Origin: Geosiphon pyriformis uo1
Taxonomy: Eukaryota > Fungi > Glomeromycota
Assembly (NCBI GenBank): GCA_016748015.1
Contig: JAAOMT010000040.1
Location: 558,001-622,000 of the forward strand
Reading direction: 5' to 3'
Length of the DNA: 64,000 bases
Part shown: piece after piece, positions 1 to 15,150 of the stretch
Numbering within the stretch: position 1 is the stretch's first letter
How the letters are laid out: each line of letters begins with the position of its first letter
The notes under the pieces: generated by a model
The model's database searches: none
Told to the model about the DNA's origin: nothing
Seen by the model: the letters and a program-made list of their open reading frames with translations, nothing else
Translations under genes and position numbers: made by a program

Positions 1-3000
1 AGAAAACATAATGCTATATATACTAATCTTAAATCCAAGATCAACATTAAAAAAGTAAACAGTAATACTTCCAGTAATTAAAAATAAACCAAAATTCTTA
101 ACAGAATTATCTGTATAGACATTAAAGCTAATTAAACCAGAACTTATTAACTTATCTTTGGTATGTAAGACCAACTCAAAATTACCAATATCAAAAAAGC
201 AGTTAGTATTTAACTAAGACCCAATGTAAACAAAATTCATTCTGTTATCCAAAAATTGAATTGATAATTTAAACTACTTAAAAACTAGACCTCTTAGATC
301 TAATTACTTCTAATATCTAAAACACTTTTAGTCAAAGCAACCACCTTTTTTATCCAGTAATTGTTCTATAAAAACTACTTCAAATTATTTTAAAAATTGA
401 ACTACTTTAAAAAAACCTGTATTTTTAAAAATAAAAGACATAAGTATCTTTCCAAAAAGCCAAAAAGCATTGAACAAAGCAGCAGAAAAAACAAATAACA
501 AAAAAAAAATTTTTTACAATTTCAGCTAAAAAATTATTCTTCAAATTATTGTTTAATTTTACAGAATAAAGCAGCAGATACATTAGCATCCAACTAGAAA
601 TCTGCAAATTCAGACAATAATGTTTAAAAAGCTGTTCCAAGATTCCAGACATATTTACAAAGTTCAACACAAAAAACATTTTTTTTTAGTCTACACTTAT
701 TTAAAATTTTTTAATCTATACAAAAATAAATAGTGTAATACATTAATAGAAAATCACAAGATAGATTAGTTTTAAGCTTCAAGCTTTTTTTAACCAATAT
801 ATTTTATCTAAAACAAACACTCTTAAGAACAAAGCTAAATTGCACTTTGTATTCAACAATAAGTTGCAGAACTGTTAAGACCAAATAGCAAAATTGTTTA
901 TTAAAAATTGCTTTATGAAGCACTATATTTAAAAAAAACTTAATATTTAATTGTATTTTAACTAAACTAGGCTTTAAAAATCTTTTTATTAAAAAATATA
1001 TACCCAAATAACAATAAGATTCACTTTTTTTAGCTTTAATAATTAGTAAACTATTAATAAGCAGAAATGTTTTTTTTACTTTCTAATTAATAAAAATAGC
1101 CATAGTTTTATTATTATTTATAGAAATGTTATTAATATTAAAAAATTCATCTGCTATATTCAAAATATACTGAGTTGTAGTCTGACTACTGTTTATCTAA
1201 ATTATATTATCTATAAAAACTTTAGCAGCAAAATAAAAGAATATTTCAGTCTATGTTTTTATTTAACCTGACTTAGCCACAAATTTGAAATCTATTTTAT
1301 ACCTACACAAGTGCTTATGCTGCTTAACTTCATACAAAAGAAGATCATAAAAAATTCTTCAAAGTAGAGGAGAGAATACTTTATTTTATTTCAGTCTATT
1401 ATGTATAATATAGCTATTAAAAAGCCTAAAATTTGTTATTACTTAATTAATTTGTTCATTGTAAATATTTTCAAAAAATTTTATGAAATGTGAACACATT
1501 TTAATCTTAACCAAACTGTTTTACAAATGCTGTTAGCCAACAAAATCATAAGTTTTGCACATATTCTGCAAAACTAGCCACAACTCTTTGTTCTTTTCCA
1601 AAGCATTTTTTACAACAAACCCAATAATAAAAATTGAAAATTAAGTCAATGTGTTTTTCAAAACTGAGAAATTATATCCATGTAAAACATTAAACTTATT
1701 GCAAGCCAAAAATATCTAGTCAGAAAAAATTTTGGACAAAATCTTCTTAGCAGTCTCAATTATTATAATAAATTTAGTGTTTATCAAAATTTCATCTCAA
1801 TTATAAGGTTTCAGAATCATAGACATTCAAGGCCATTTCCAAGATATAAAAACCAATTCAGAAATCAAACACAAATCTAAAATATTCAAAAGACAATTTA
1901 ATACTTTATTATCACTATTTTTCTAAAGCTTATTTGGAATGTTAAATAGTTAAATTGCTTTGTTATTTGGTAAATCTTTTATTATTTGAATCATTTTTTT
2001 TATACTAATTCTAATTATAATACCAAAAAAAACATCATTATTAACATATTCTATCAAAAAGTACTAGAAAGTTTAGAGTTTAGGCATTATCTTAGGAATT
2101 AGATATTTCTTAGTCTAATTTTTCATAATATTATTAATTTTGTTTTTAATCTTATTAGGCTTCAAAACTAATTTCTTATTAATTACTAAATAATTCAAAA
2201 CCACTTTTTAAAAGAAATGTTTTAGTACACTTTTAATTACTCTGTTTTTGTCTGTGCAAAAATTTTTTAATTGCCTTCCTAATTTTAACTGTTTTTATAA
2301 TCTTAAATTTTTGAAGTTTAAACATGTAATATTTCTTTTTGGCATTTAACAAATAATAAATAGCTTCTTTAGAATTTATTAGGAATAAGTCTAAAGACAA
2401 AATTTCATTAGCACCAATTTTGTTTAACTTAAACCAGACTTAAACAAAATTGTAAAATCTAATAATATTACTAAAAGCAAGAAATTTAACAATCTTGAAT
2501 ATTAAAACTTTCAACTTATAAAACACAGATGATTATTTATTTTTTAATATATTGAATTTGTTAAACCAACACTTAAAGAAAATCTTTTTAACTGAGTTCA
2601 TTATTATGTATTTAAAAAAATTTCACATTAAATTTAAATCTTTTAATTTCTTAGTTCTCTAAATATTTTTCCTTAACATAGATACTTTTTTAGATAAAAC
2701 ATCTTTAAAACAAGTCTATTTTATCTTATTAGTTCTCTTAATTCCAAATTTTTATTAATTTTTATTTATATATTTGTATACAGAAACCAGAAATTCATTT
2801 AAAAATCTATTCAAATTAAAAAAAACCAACACAGCCTTATAATCAGTATTAAAATATTTAAACAAGCAAAAAACCCTACAATTAACTATAATTATTAAAA
2901 AATATTTGTTAATTAGCATATAATTAATAGTCTTTTTTATGTCTTTTAAATTGCTTTATGTTAATATTTTAATTAAAAAACTTTTATAAAGAGAGTTGTA

Positions 3001-6000
3001 TAAATTTATATTGACATATTTCTTGAAATTTGCATTTTGTTTAGAGCTATCTTTATTAAAGTTCTTACTTAAAACCACATATATACTAATATTAACAATA
3101 TTAGTAATAAATTCATTAACATTAGCAGTCTGAAAAAATCTAGTGCCAGCTAAAGCTTTAACATATAGCCTAATAACAAATAAAAAAATCTTGTCTTTAA
3201 ATAGAAACATAACAAAAATAATCTGACCAGAAATCTTAGAAATTCTAACAATATATTGTGTTAAAAAAGCTTCTATAATCAAAGTAATACCAAAATTTCT
3301 AAAAGTTATGTTTATGTTAAAGCTAAACATACAAACTCTATTGAATTTGTTTTTAATTCAAAATTCAACATTAGCTTTCAACTTAGACTCTGTAATAATT
3401 GATACCAAATTGTCATTATCTTTATGCCATCTAACAATATTATTTTATTTAGCATTATTGTTTATATCTTTAATATTGCAGATAGCAAATTTTTAAATAA
3501 GACTACTTATTAAAATAAAAAAAGTGCCAATAAATCTGATCTAATATACAACTAATTTAATCTTGTTAGAACTGTATTAATAAATGTTTTAAGAACCATT
3601 ATTTTTGATTTTAGATTACTTATTTTGGTAATTAAAACTTTAAAATTGCTTGAATTCAAAATTACAGTCTTATTTCTTACAACCAAAAAAAAAATAATAT
3701 TTGCTGGTTATTTAAAATTATATTCAAAACCAAACTTAAATTCACTAACATGAAAGCAGTTAGAGAGAGATACTAAAAAATAGACATTGTTATTCAATAG
3801 AAATTAATAAAAATCAAAAGTAATAATATTATAATATATTAATTACTCATTAAATAATAGTATAAATAGTACAGATTAACAAATAAAATTAGAAAATATG
3901 CATAAACATACTCAATTCAACATAATTACAAATAAATAAGCCAAGAGGCACTTACAGTTAAACAAAAAACCTAATAGCTTGACAATTACTTATTAATCAG
4001 TTAGGCACAATTATATATAACTCGAATATGTATATATATAATAGCTTTTTAACTAGAAAAAAAATCAGATAAAAAGAGAGAATAATAAAAAACAAAAAAT
4101 TAATTAGACAAAATAAAAACAAAAAAAGATAGAAAAATTAGATTATAATTTCATAAAAAGCTAAATAATATGTCTATCAAGCTTTGTATTATCTATTAAT
4201 ATTAAAATTAATAGAATTAAAAACTTTTTTTTTATAATCAAATTCTTTATAAACAACCAAAAGAGCCACTATTTTCTTTTTTATTATTGCTTTTTCATTA
4301 AGAAAAAACAATAAAAACATTTAATATGCTAACAAAAACACAAATAAGACTCAAGCTTAACAAAATTAAAAACACATTAAAAGAATATTAAATACATAAA
4401 ATCATTTAGAAAATACTTGTAATATTTTGGCCAAAATTAACAATTAACTTAAAAATCTGAAATAAACTCTCTATATCTTTGAAAAAATAATCTTTGATTA
4501 AAATTATTTTATAAATATTAATTTTATTGAGTTTTACTTTTTATTTTAATCTTTTTTGAATTTATTAGGAATAGAATACTGCTTTACTACAAGTAAAAAA
4601 ATACAGACATCTGATATTAGCACAAGATAAAAATAATATTTCTATAAGAACTTCAAAGAAAAACATAATCAAAGTATAAAAATATAATAAAAATTTTTTT
4701 AGAAAACTAATATAGTAGTAGCTATCAATAGTAATTTTGATGGAAATATTATGTTACACACCAAATCTAATAACAAAAACATTCATTAAAGAAAATTATT
4801 TAATACTTGCTAAGAAGTTAAGAAAACTTACCAAGCTAACTTTTAAATTCTTAAATAAAAAAATAGTAATATATTAAATAAAAATTCAGCATAAATTAAA
4901 AGCAACACTAATTGAAACTAATATACTTATTCCTACATTAAAAATTAAAAAATTTATTATATTATTACTTAATCTAAAAAGCTATAAAAATTAATTATAG
5001 TATAATTACTAAAGAAAAAAAAACATTCATAACAGTATTATAAACACCAAATTCATAAAGCTTAATTTTTACACAATATTTAACATTTAATCTACTAAAA
5101 GCTCTAAAGAGCATTTCAAAGATGCCAAGTAAACACTAATAAATAAATTATTTTAAATAATTAGAAAGTTTTTTTTAATACATAGCACATTAGAAAAAGA
5201 AAATTTAGAACCAAAACCAAAGTGAATATCATCAAAGAAAGCAACAAACAAAACTACTTAATTTAAAATTTGCTACTAAAGGCAGCAGAACAAAAAATAA
5301 GAACACTCTTTTTAGTATATAATTTGGTTAGTTAAAGACAATTTTTTTTAAAGCTACTTTTTTATAATTTTTTTTAGAAAACAAAACAATAACACTTGAT
5401 CCATCATACTCTAAGACTAAATGTCCAAAATTTCTACACTTTTTACAATAAATTAAATCTAATCTGGTCCAAAAAAGTTTCATATTACCAAAAATCAGCT
5501 TTGTATAAAAAGCAAATTTAAGTTTCTTTTCTAATTTAAAGCCAACTATAGCACAGTAAATTCTATTTTCAGTTTTAAAAGATCAATTTATGATACAGGT
5601 TTTCTTACTAGCTCTTTCCAATAGAACACCAAGATTATAAGTGGTTATTCTCATAGGAAAAGTAAACAAAAACACTCTAAATTGATCTCTAAATATCTAA
5701 GTATATTAATTTTCAACAGCTTTTGTTACATGTACTGAATTTTTCCCAATTAAAAATAACCATTTTGAAGCCAACTGCTTTATCTAACTCAATTTAGCTA
5801 CAGTCTAATTAATTATAAATAAATCAATATTACTTAACTAAACTCCAAGAAAGCTACAACAATTATTTTCTTTGGTATATCTATAAGAATTTTCTTAATA
5901 ATTATGGCTTGATCTAAACAAATTTTTTGTTTTCTAACATTGTTGTTTATAATGATCTTTTTTTTTAGCCAATAATACTATCTTTTTTATACTTTCTTCT

Positions 6001-6717
6001 GATGTAAATATAGATCTAATTATTTCTTTAAATTTTGAAAAAGTAATGATCTTTCTAAAACTGTTGATTAATAAAAAAATTTTTTTGATTGTTTAAGTTT
6101 TAGCCATTACTGATTTGCCTTTTACTGCTAACAAATTAATATTCAAAGCAAAAAATTTTTTAACAGTAATTTCAACTAGAGTTTTTATTATCTTAGAGTT
6201 AATTTATTTTTTGTTTAAAAAAATATTGAAAAGAAATAGAAGTAAACCAATTTTTTTATTTATATTAAAATTAAAAGAACCAAGAAAAAAATCACAACTA
6301 CATCAAATATTATTCTTTTGGCCTTAGAAATCATAACAGCTAAACCAAAAAAAAAATTACTGCCAATACTAATTACAGAATTACTGCTTTTACTATTACT
6401 AGAATTACCATTCATATTTGAAAACAAACTATTACTAAAACTAGACTTGACTAAAAAAATATCCTTCTTATTACTAAAATACTTGATGTTATTAAGAATA
6501 ACTTTTTTTTTAAGAAAAAAAGCCATTAGCTAAACCATAAAAAAGCCTCTTTGAATGCTTTTTTCTTAAACATATTATTATTTAAAGCAGTTTTTAAATC
6601 CACAACAAAAAAGTTATTAAGTTAAAAAATATTGAAGAAAAAAACAAGAAAAAACAAAAACTTCTTTTTTAAAATTATGCTTTTTGGAGAATTTAGAATA
6701 TAAGAGAAAAAAAAGTT
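1..6717 (-). mobile_element. Degenerate non-LTR retrotransposon (LINE; ORF1 + APE-RT-RNase H ORF2), copy A, runs off the left edge of the window
   Basis: Manual minus-strand translation gives eroded motifs: ORF1 start (M-KKKAFK..) ~6575; ORF1 C-term 'LASLKCSLELLVD' ~5130; APE start 'AICNIKDINNNAK*NNIVRWH' ~3490; RT 'IETAKKILSKI' ~1750, 'ELWLVLQNMCKTYD' ~1570, 'FSPLL*RIFYDLLLYEV' ~1350, 'FIDNI' (YADD-like) ~1210; 'LDLRGL' ~295; RNase H region near position 1. Many stops arise from G>A/C>T changes. The 5' end matches copy B. Confidence 0.85.
3788..5034. mobile_element. Solo-LTR-like insertion interrupting ORF1 of LINE copy A
   Basis: Begins TGTTAT and ends ATAACA (TG...CA, short terminal inverted repeat). 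Flanks ACAT/GTAT are compatible with a transition-eroded 4-bp TSD. LINE ORF1 homology stops at ~5035 and resumes at ~3785. Confidence 0.55.
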
Positions 6718-9700
6718 AACATTTAATAAAATTTGGTTTAATAATTTATTATAAAAGTTAATAAATATTTTTATAAGTTTTACAAATTAAAAAAACTGTC
6801 TTTAAAACTTTAAAATGCTTAAATTAAAAAGCAATAATAAAATTAACAAAATTTCAAACTTTTAGAAAAAACAATATAAAAAAACCAATTTGGTTTGTAA
6901 AATAATTTTTGATGAAAATTTATTAATAAAAAAAATTGTAGTCAATATTAAAAATATTATTATATATTTAAGTTAAAAAAAACATAAATAATAAATAATT
7001 TTTTGTGTAATAAAAATTATAAAATTAATAAATTTGTTTTATATAATCTTTAAAACTTTTTTTTCTCTTATATCTAAAATTTTTTAAAAAGCAGTTTTTT
7101 AAAAAAGAAGTTTTTAATTTTGTTTTTTTTTGTTTTATTACTTTTAATATTTCTTAAGTAAATAATTTTTTTGTGATAAATGTGGTAGCTGCTTTAAGTA
7201 ATAATATATCTAAGAAAAAAGCACCCAAAAGAGCTTTTTATGATTTAATTAGGGGTTTTTTCTTTTAAAAAAATAGTTTTTATAAGTAATATTAAGTATT
7301 TTGGTAATAAAAAAAATTTTTTTTTTGTTAAATCTGGTGCTAAAGATAATATATATTTAAATATAAATAGCAAATCTAATTATAGTAAAAATAATAGTGT
7401 TTTAATAAGTATAAATAATGGCTTTTTTTTGGTTTAACAGTAATAACTTCTAAGACTAAAAGAATAAATAAAGAGTTTAGAATATGGTTCTTTTATTGGT
7501 TTAATTAATTATAGCATAGATAAAAGTAAAAAATCTCTTTTTTCTCTTAATATTTTTTTAAACAAAAAATTAATTAATCTAAAAATTGTTAAAACTCAGA
7601 TTAAAATGTCTGTTAAGAAATTTTTTGCTCTAAATATTAATCTGTTAGCTATAAAAAGCAAATTAGTTATGGCAAAAACTTAGACAATTAGAAATTTTTT
7701 TTAACAATCAATGATTTTAAAAAAATCACTATTTTCTTAAAATTTAAAAAAATTATTAGATCTATACTTACATCAAAAAAAAACATGAAAAAAGCTGTAT
7801 TATTAGTAAGAAAAAAAGCATTATTGTATACAATAATTTTAAAAAACAAAAATTCTATTTAGATTAAGCTATAATTATTAAAAAAATTTACATAAATATG
7901 TCTAAAGAAATAATTATCACTGCAGTATCTGAATTTGGTTAAATTTTGTTAATTTAATTACAACTGATTGGGTTGTGACAAAAAACTATAGTAAATTTGT
8001 CAAAGCAAGTCAAGCAGATCAGTTAATATCTAAATAGTTATTTTTGATTAAAAAAAATTCAGTATATATGACCAAGATTATAGAAAATTGTGATATTTGA
8101 ATATTAAAAAATCAGTTTAGAGCACTTTTGTTTACTTTGTTAATAGAAACAACTGTTTATAATCTTGGTATTTTATTAGAAAAACTGGTAAAAAAATTTG
8201 GATTATTAATCATTTATTTAAAACTAATAATAAAATTTGTTGTACTATAATTGATTTTAATTCAAAAAAAAATTTGAAATTAGTCTTTTACATAGAGCCA
8301 ATTTTAGATAGTATAAAACTTTTTTGGACCAGATTGAGTTTGGTTTGCTGTAAGAAGTATAAGTGTTTTGAATATTTGTTTCTTAAATATGACTTTTCAA
8401 AATCAGCTGTTCCTGCTTTAAAAAAAGTTTATAAGAAGTTTATTTTAGATAGAAATTGTCTTTAACTGGCCCATTTTTATGCAAAAAAAATGTTCTTATT
8501 TTTCAATTAGTTGCTTTTAATAACAAGTTCTAAGCACAAATAATCTTTTCAATTATTATTTTTGTATATATTTACTCCAGATTTTTTTTTGAGTTCCTTT
8601 TTTTTGGTGTTCTCTATTTCAATATTGTTTTTTTTATGTTTTAAAAAAGTTTTTAATTGAAAATTAGCTAATATCTTTGAAATAATCAATAGAGCTGCTG
8701 GCTGACCAAATATTTAGTATTATATACAAACTAAATAACATAAATCTGGTGTTTTTGGTTTCTACTCTTTTACCTTTATTTTTTATCATGGTTAAGATAA
8801 TAGTTTTAGTTTTTAATTTAGGCTTAGATATAATATTGAATAACTTATGAATGTTATTTTTTCTGTTTTTGCTAATAATAAAAAAAGTTTCAAGTTTAAA
8901 CATAAGCAGTTCTAAAGTTTTAACTGCTAAAATTAGCAGTCTAAAATCGAAATTGGTTGCTTTTAAAGTATTTATTTCTTTTGTTCTAAAAAAATTGGAT
9001 TTGTTGTATATTAGCTTAAGTTTTGTAATGTCTTTTATATTCTAATAACAAATTTTATTTGAAAGATTGTTATATGTAATATTAAAAGCATAAACAATAT
9101 AGTTAAACAAAAAAATATTGTTTATTAACATGTAAATTCTGGTTATATAGTGTCTATTATTACAAAAATAAAGTTAAAGTCTAATATTAAGCCATAAATT
9201 GCAAATAAATTTGATAGAGTTTAGATCTATATATCTGGTTAGAACAAGAGTTTTTAAATGTTAATATAGTTGTTATTATGAATGTTTTTCGGGTTTATTA
9301 TGTCTCAAAGATCAAGAAAGTTCTTGGTTAGCTAGTTTTTATTTGTTTGCTTTTTAAAAATAAACTTTCAATCATAATTTTAAATTTATATATTTGTGTT
9401 TTTGCTAAAACAAAAACTGTGCTGGCTTTAGAAGTAAATTTTAGTTTATTTGTAGTTTTAAGAAGAGATTTTAACAAGAATAGTTCTTAAAAAAGTTTGA
9501 GTTACAAAAAATGCCTGAATTTGGATTTGATTAATGTTTTTTGGAATCTTTTTTTAGTCAAAACATCTACATAAAACAATTTAAAAAAGATTAAAAAGAT
9601 TATTAATGTTATTTTTGTAAATAATAATCTGTTATTTTTGTTGGCTGGTCAGATGGTTAAAAATGTTTTAAAGTTTTTTAACACAGATTATAAAACTGTT

Positions 9701-10304
9701 TTATTTTTGGTAGGACCAAGAGATTTTTTAAATATTTGCATAAATAATATTTGCAAATAGACTAACAGAGATTGTTAGATATTCAAAATTAAAAATATTA
9801 ATAGTATTAAATAAATTGGTTTCTAAAACTTTTTTTCAATTAAACTTTTTTTAATAATAGACAAGTTTAATAGTACAAATAAAAAAAGTAATCTGAATAT
9901 AATATGAAGTTTTTAAGAAATTTGATATTAGAATTAGCAGAAAAAACATTTTCTAAATAATAGTATAGTAAGATTAAATGTCTTTTTAATAAACAATTAT
10001 CAAAAATTTTCATATTAAAATTAATAATTTCTAAAATAGTAAAAGTTTTGAAGTTAAAACTAATTCTTTATTGTATATTTAGTTAACCATTAATAATATT
10101 AAGGCTTTCAAGGTATAAATATTAATTGATAATAATATTAAGTCAATTGAGATTTTTGGCTACTTATTAAGAATTCAAAAAAGTTATTGTAAATTAAAAA
10201 TATATGTGTCTAAGATTGCCAAAGCAACTGTTATCAAGTATATAATTAAAAAAAAAAAATTTTTGCTTAAATAAGAACTACATAATCAAAAATATATTGA
10301 AAAA

Positions 10305-13300
10305 TGGAGTTCTAATATTTGGTTTAATTTGATTTAAATTTAATTAAATTACTAAACCAAACTAAATTTAAACAGAAAATTTGGCAAAATTTCGAACTCA
10401 AACTTAAACTAAACTTAAAATTACTGAACTTAAACCAAATCCAAATACATACAACAAGTTTGGTTCAAGTTTGGTTTAAAGTTTATGAATATATTCAAGT
10501 TTGACTATTAAAAACATTATATTATTATTTAATTTTTTTTTAATAGTCTCTGTATCTATAATCAAAAATACTGTGCTGCTCTTATAATTTTAGACACTAA
10601 GCAAGACTTTATATCTGTAATTATATTCTTATTTGCAAAAAAAGTGCATTTAAAAGCAACAAATAATTTTTGAATTGCCAAATAATTATAAATCATACAT
10701 GTAAGATGATATAATTATGTTTAATGTATTTAAATATTAAATTATTAATAAAATATTAATTTAGATAAATGTTTTTTGTAATATATTTTTCACTATGCTA
10801 TTATATTTATTTCTTTATTGGCTATCTTTTTAGAGATATAACAATTAATTTTGTTAAGTTTTTCTTCTTTATTAATTGTTAAAGTATATTTTTAATATGG
10901 ATTATGTAATTAATATTATAATATTATTTAAATTGCTATTTATCAAAAAACTGTTTTTTAATATTAGTATAATATCTAGTATGTACTTTGTTTTAAAGAG
11001 AATATAGATTCTAAAGATTTATTTATTGTGTAAAAGTTGAAAAATAAAACTGTTTGAATAAATTAATAACTTATAATTTTTTTATTTTATTAATATTATC
11101 ATTTAAAAAATTTTTTTTGTAAAATAATGAAATTTTTTTCTTAAATTTAATATAATACAGAGCATTACAATTGTATTTGTTTTAGAGTAATATTCAATCA
11201 ACTTTCCTTTTGCTGTTTTAATTATTACAACAAATAATAGATCTAATATTAAATATATTAAATAAATAATTAAATAAATACAATCAAAATTATAATGTTT
11301 TACCAGATTTATTATCATCAATTGTGTCTTTGATGTAATTAAAAATAATATTAAAGAGAAAAATAATCAAAGAGACAGTATTATTTGAATTAACTAATAT
11401 TTTGATCATAATATTTTTAAATAGTTTAAAAAATTTAGTAATTTTATTGAAAACAGCCCATTAATCATGTAAAATAGCATATTAATAAAAGTTAATATGA
11501 GTGCTAATAAGAATATTTAATGCCTATAAATTTATAGTTAGAATTTTTGTATTTAAAATATATAGAATCAAAAATAAATAGCTTGTTAATTTAAAAGATA
11601 ACTTATTTTTAACCATGTCATAAGTAAAATTCTACCAAATAAAACAATTCAGAATAAGTTTACAGTATTTAATTTGACATATATTACAGGCATATTTAAA
11701 AAGTTTATAACATTAAGACAAGATATAAATTGTAAAGTTAAGTTTTTTAATCTTTAATTTATACAAAGTTTACATTAAAAAAATTTTAGGTAAATATATT
11801 CAATTTGGATTTTTAACAAATATTTTGGAAATATTATTTTTTATTTTATTTAGAGTCATTTATACTGCCAAGTTTAAAATATAATCAAAAAATTAAAATC
11901 AAAGATTCTTTAAATTCTATTAAATGCTTTTTTTTCTAATTTTTTTATTAACTTTCTTATAAAAGTATTATTATTTGTGATATTATTAGAAGTAATAATA
12001 AGAAGTTATCAAAAAAAAATTAGGTTATAACTAATAAAATTAATAGTAAATTCATATAAAAAAAAGGTGAGTATAACTCTTTCTTTAACTTCTTTTTTAA
12101 TCTTTTTGGCTGAAAATTTGGCTTAAAGCAATAATAAAAACCACTTAAGTTAATATTAAGAAAAAACAGTTTTTAATAATATAAGTATTGTAATAACTCT
12201 GAGCTTCAAATAATGCTAATGCTGAAAATTTAGCTCTAAAACAATAATGAAAACCAATTTAAGTTAACATTAGGAAAATGTAATTTTCAATAATATAGAC
12301 ATTGTAGTAATTTTAAGTCTTAAATAATATTAATACTAAAAATTCAGCTCTAAAACAATAATAAAAACTAACTTAAGCCAATATTAAAAAAATACAATTT
12401 TTAATAATATAAACACTATAATAACTTTGAGTCTTGGATAATATTAATATGCTACATAATATGCCAATCTTATTATTGGCTATTAACTAACTCAAATTTA
12501 TGTAAAAATATATATACATATCTTTATAATCTTTTAATATTTTAAAAAATCTGTTTCTAATATTTATTCTATTATATTGTCAACTTATTAATTTAAAATT
12601 AATTATTGTTTATTGAAAGTTCTAATTGTCATTAATATAATGAGCAGTAATGAAAACAAAAACTTTATTATTGGGAGATATCCAAAAATTTGATGTAAAA
12701 TTTTTTTAAACTTGATAGTATTTAAGTATGTTTATTATGTTATAAGTATGAATAAAAAAAAATATATATTTCATAATAAAAATAGTATTTATTCTTAAAT
12801 TTGTCTACCCAAAACATAAAGTTCTATAACTCTATTTTTAATTGCATTAGCATAAACAGATTGAAAAGTAAAGTTTAAATATTAAAATATTTCAATTAAT
12901 TCAAAGTTTTCCATTATAAGAAGTAATTGCTGACAGTTGATAAGCTAAATAATAATTATGTCATAAAGTTTTTTATTATTAATATTAATAACAATTATTA
13001 CAAAAAGTTAGAACAGTTTTCTAGTTAGATTGGCCAAAAATTATAAAAAAAATAGCAATTTTACTTGTTGAAATATTTTTTCAATTAACTTATAATTTTT
13101 CTCAATATTTTGTTTTTTCTTATAATATTTTTTTATTGTAACATATATTGTTTAGTAAAAAGCCTTTAAATAGTACTATAAAAGTTTGGTAATGTCTGTA
13201 GTTCTACAAAAAAATGGTTTATATACACATTTTAAGACTGTATATTTAACTGTTTTTTTTTGGTCTATTTAAATTTATCAAAATAGTTTTATACTTTACT

Positions 13301-13683
13301 CTAAAAACTATGTTTACCAAATAAATTAATATTTAAATTATTTGAATTATCAAATTTATTATTTTAAATTTTAAATTTTCAGTAATATTGAATAATATTA
13401 ACAATAAATTTATTTTGGTAAGTTGAAAAGTAGAGTTATTATACATACATAGTTTTATATACTTTTTTAACTAATTATAATAATTAAATAAAGTAATAAT
13501 TGATAAACAAGTAATACAAATTATATTTTTTTTTAATTTTATTGAACCAAATTTAGACTTGTTAAAAAGATTTAATATTAAACTTAAACTAAAAAATTGG
13601 TTTGATTTAAGTTCAGTTTGTAATTTAAATCGAATTTAAATAACATCCAAAGTTTAGTTTGATTCAGTTTAATTAGAACTTTA
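10305..13683 (-). mobile_element. hAT-superfamily DNA transposon (degenerate) nested in LINE copy B ORF2
   Basis: TIRs TGGAGTTCTAAT (10305) and ATTAGAACTTTA (ends 13683). Perfect 8-bp TSD TTGAAAAA at 10297-10304 and 13684-13691. Subterminal AAACC/AAACT repeats at both ends. Minus strand ~10570-10690 reads 'NYLAIQKLFVAFKCTFFANKNIITDIKSCL', an eroded hAT dimerisation motif (DYLAI..SSV.SERxFS). LINE homology resumes immediately after the element. Confidence 0.9.
12109..12450. repeat. Three ~114-bp tandem units inside the hAT element
   Basis: Units start at 12109, 12221 and 12335 (GCTGAAAATTTAGCTCTAAAACAATAAT...). Confidence 0.8.
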
Positions 13684-14304
13684 TTGAAAAAGCTATTTTA
13701 CAAGATTATATTAAATTATTTGGTAATTAATAAAGAACTGATTTTAGAACTTGAAAATATTAAGACTAAGATTAACATAATTATAAAAAGTTGGACCAAG
13801 AAGCAAACAATTCTTAAATTATTGCCTAAATTTTGGGCTAATTAGTATATTTTTTTAAGCTATATAAATAATAGTGCTTTTTCAAATATTATAAATGTTA
13901 TTGGCTTCAAAAAATTGGTTTGAATAATCAAAATTCTGCCAGATAAGAAAACTGCAGATCTAAATAGCATTTCAAATAAGTTATAAAAACATTATAATAA
14001 TAAAGTTCTTAGGTGTTTTTTGGTTCTTTTAAACTTATGTTTGATTTTAAATATAATTTAACTTTATAAAAAAAAGCTTGAATTTTAATAATATTTAAGT
14101 TTAATAAATAGAAAAAAACTTAAACAAATATTTAGTCTATTATTCTAATTAAGACAGCTAGAAAAGTTTTTTCTAAGATCTTTTTAAATCAAATTTTATT
14201 TGCCTATAGCAAATTTAGTGTTTTTTGTAAAAATAACTTTTCTGTTTAAAAAAAACTTTAATGCAGTCTCCTATTTTTGCTATTAGTTTAATAATTGAAG
14301 ATAT

Positions 14305-15150
14305 TGTTACAGATAATTATTTGAAGTATTAAAATAAATAACAAATCTATAACTTGATACTTAATAGTTAATAATATTATTGATAGTTTTTAAAAGTTTT
14401 GGTATTTGAAAATTTTGGTTAAGTTTTTTGTATAATAAACAGAGATTTACTTAGTAGTTGTTTTTTCGAATTTTTTTTTTAGTAGAGATCAGTTTAATTT
14501 GATATTGTGTTTTTATGATAAGTTATCTTTAAGTTTTCACCTTTATTTTCGGGTTTTTTATTAGTTTATTTTTAATATTAATATCTTAATGCTTAATCTC
14601 TTAAACAATTAGTATACAAAACAAAATAAAGAAAAAAAAATAAAAGAAAAATAAAAAATTAATATTTTATTAATAGCTATGATTAAGAGTTATTGGTCTA
14701 ATATAGTTAAATAGCAAATACTATTAACATAAGTTGTTAATAAAGTCGAAAAATAATAATGTTAATTTAATAAAGAGAATAACATAAATTAGATAATAAA
14801 ATAATAATTTTATTTAATATTTAGATGATTCTATTTTAAAATATAGAAAACTATTTTTTAAAAAAAGAGTATGTTATAAATATTTATTGTTAACTAATTA
14901 AAAACTTGTCTGAATATAAATTGGATAAATTGTTAAAATTTTCATACTTTTTATACTTTTGATATTACTGCTATATATATATAATTCTTATTATACAAGA
15001 TCTTATATATTTTTACTTTTTTTTATACTACTTTCTAAAACTATGCTTATTTTTAAGCAATATGCCATAATTTTTTGCAAATATACATATTTCTAAAAAT
15101 ATGCTTATATGTTGAATTCTATTTTTTTATTTATTTTTCTATAAATAACA
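14305..15150. mobile_element. Solo-LTR-like insertion in the RT domain of LINE copy B
   Basis: TGTTAC...ATAACA termini with a 4-bp TSD ATAT (14301-14304 and 15151-15154). Removing it restores RT 'IED-ILKKNRKIWLVL' (cf. IEDALEKNRELWLVL). Confidence 0.75.
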
